From Camelus dromedarius (taxonomy: Eukaryota), in NCBI RefSeq assembly GCF_036321535.1, contig NC_087436.1:61940001-62004000 (forward strand): DNA of 64,000 nucleotides, read 5' to 3'. The translations under genes were made by a program, and so were the position numbers. A model generated the notes under the pieces. The model searched no databases and was not told the origin of the DNA. It was given only the letters and a program-made list of their open reading frames with translations. Shown piece by piece: positions 63,135 through 64,000 of the stretch (the first letter of the stretch is position 1; each line of letters starts with the position of its first letter).

Positions 63135-63650
63135 TTTTCTTTTTATTTTGAGGTGAGTATAGATTCACAGTTAGTTGCAAAAAACAACAAACAAAAACCG
63201 AACCATGACAAAAAAGTACAGTGAGATTCTATGCATGCTTCACCCAGGTTTTCCCACTGCATCATCAATAATCATAGTACAGCATCAAAACCAGGAGATT
63301 CACATTGGTATACGTTCCACAAAATTCCTTTGTATGTGTGTGTTTGTATGTGTGATATGTAGTGCTATGCCTTTTTTATCACGTCTATAGATTCGTATGA
63401 CTACCACCACACTTAAGATACAGAACTGTTGCACCACCATAGGGTCCATCAGGCTAACCCTTCATAGCCATGCCCAAATTTTCTCTCACCTCTGTACCTA
63501 GCCTCTGGAAACCACCAATCTATTGTCTCTTTCTAAAATTTTGCTATTCAGAAATATTAAATAAATGAAATGATATAATATCTAGCCTTTTGAGATTGGC
63601 TCTTTAACACTCAGCAAAATGCCTTGAGATCCACCCAGGTTCTTGTATGA
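63135..63650 (-). mobile_element. Old L1 (L1MD/ME-like) 3'-UTR fragment
   Basis: ttttattttgaggtgagtatagattcacag...cttcacccaggttttccc...catagtacagcatcaaaaccaggagatt...accaccacacttaagatacagaactgtt. Confidence 0.8.
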
Positions 63651-63654
63651 GCTT

Positions 63655-64000
63655 CGCATTCTTTCTCCTCTCTAGGATTCCGATGATATGAATGCTAGAT
63701 AGATAGTCCTGTATTGGTCTTCAGGTCCTTGGGGCTCTATTCTTAAGTCTATATTCTCTCTGTCTTTCAAATTATTCAGATTGGGTAATGTCTATTTATA
63801 TATCTTTGAGTTCACTGATTTTTTTCCTCTGTCATTTCATTCTGCTATTGAGCCCATCCATTGAGGTATTTCCAGCCCCACCCCCTCATCCCCACTTTGG
63901 TTACTATATTTTTCAGATCTGTGATTTCTTTTTGTTTCTTTTTATATCCTTAATTCTTTTGCCAAGATGTTCTGTTTTTTCACTTGTTTCTAGAGTGCTT
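63655..64000 (-). mobile_element. Old L1 ORF1-region fragment, runs off the window
   Basis: tcagattgggtaatgtctatttatatatctttgagttcactgatttttttcctctgtcatttcattctgctattgagcccatccattgag is antisense ORF1 coiled-coil-like sequence. Confidence 0.7.

Noticed and set aside
1..64000. CRISPR array, tRNA, rRNA, snoRNA, miRNA or endogenous viral coding element
   Set aside because: None recognised by eye; tRNAscan-SE, Infernal/Rfam and tblastx would be needed to exclude weak cases

Overview
AT-rich, CpG-poor eutherian genomic DNA, intronic or intergenic. I recognise no host protein-coding exon, RNA gene or prokaryotic-type system. Much of the window is recognisable transposon debris (L1, L2, MIR, MLT1/LTR16/MER31 LTRs, hAT-family MERs). 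Subfamily names were assigned from memory of consensus sequences, and boundaries are approximate. The young L1 3' UTR resembles camelid L1 as I recall it, and I saw no Alu, B1 or Bov SINEs, so the species is an inference only. The one long ORF is ORF2 of a young, 5'-truncated and 5'-inverted LINE-1 (about 57315-61657, 12-bp TSD) with two frameshifts. The most unusual structure is at 15899-16671. About 50 bp of an L1 3' fragment has been replaced by a 773-bp patchwork of two inverted copies of nearby DNA (18493-18713 and 14080-14617), joined by microhomologies. This looks like a fossil multi-step template-switch event, and it created two interleaved long inverted repeats. Also notable are an unidentified GC-rich retrocopy-like island (about 8224-9016, minus strand), an L1 whose 5' UTR-like sequence abuts the RT region, an orphan L1 5' terminus, and several unproven exon-like splice-signal pairs in TE-poor blocks.
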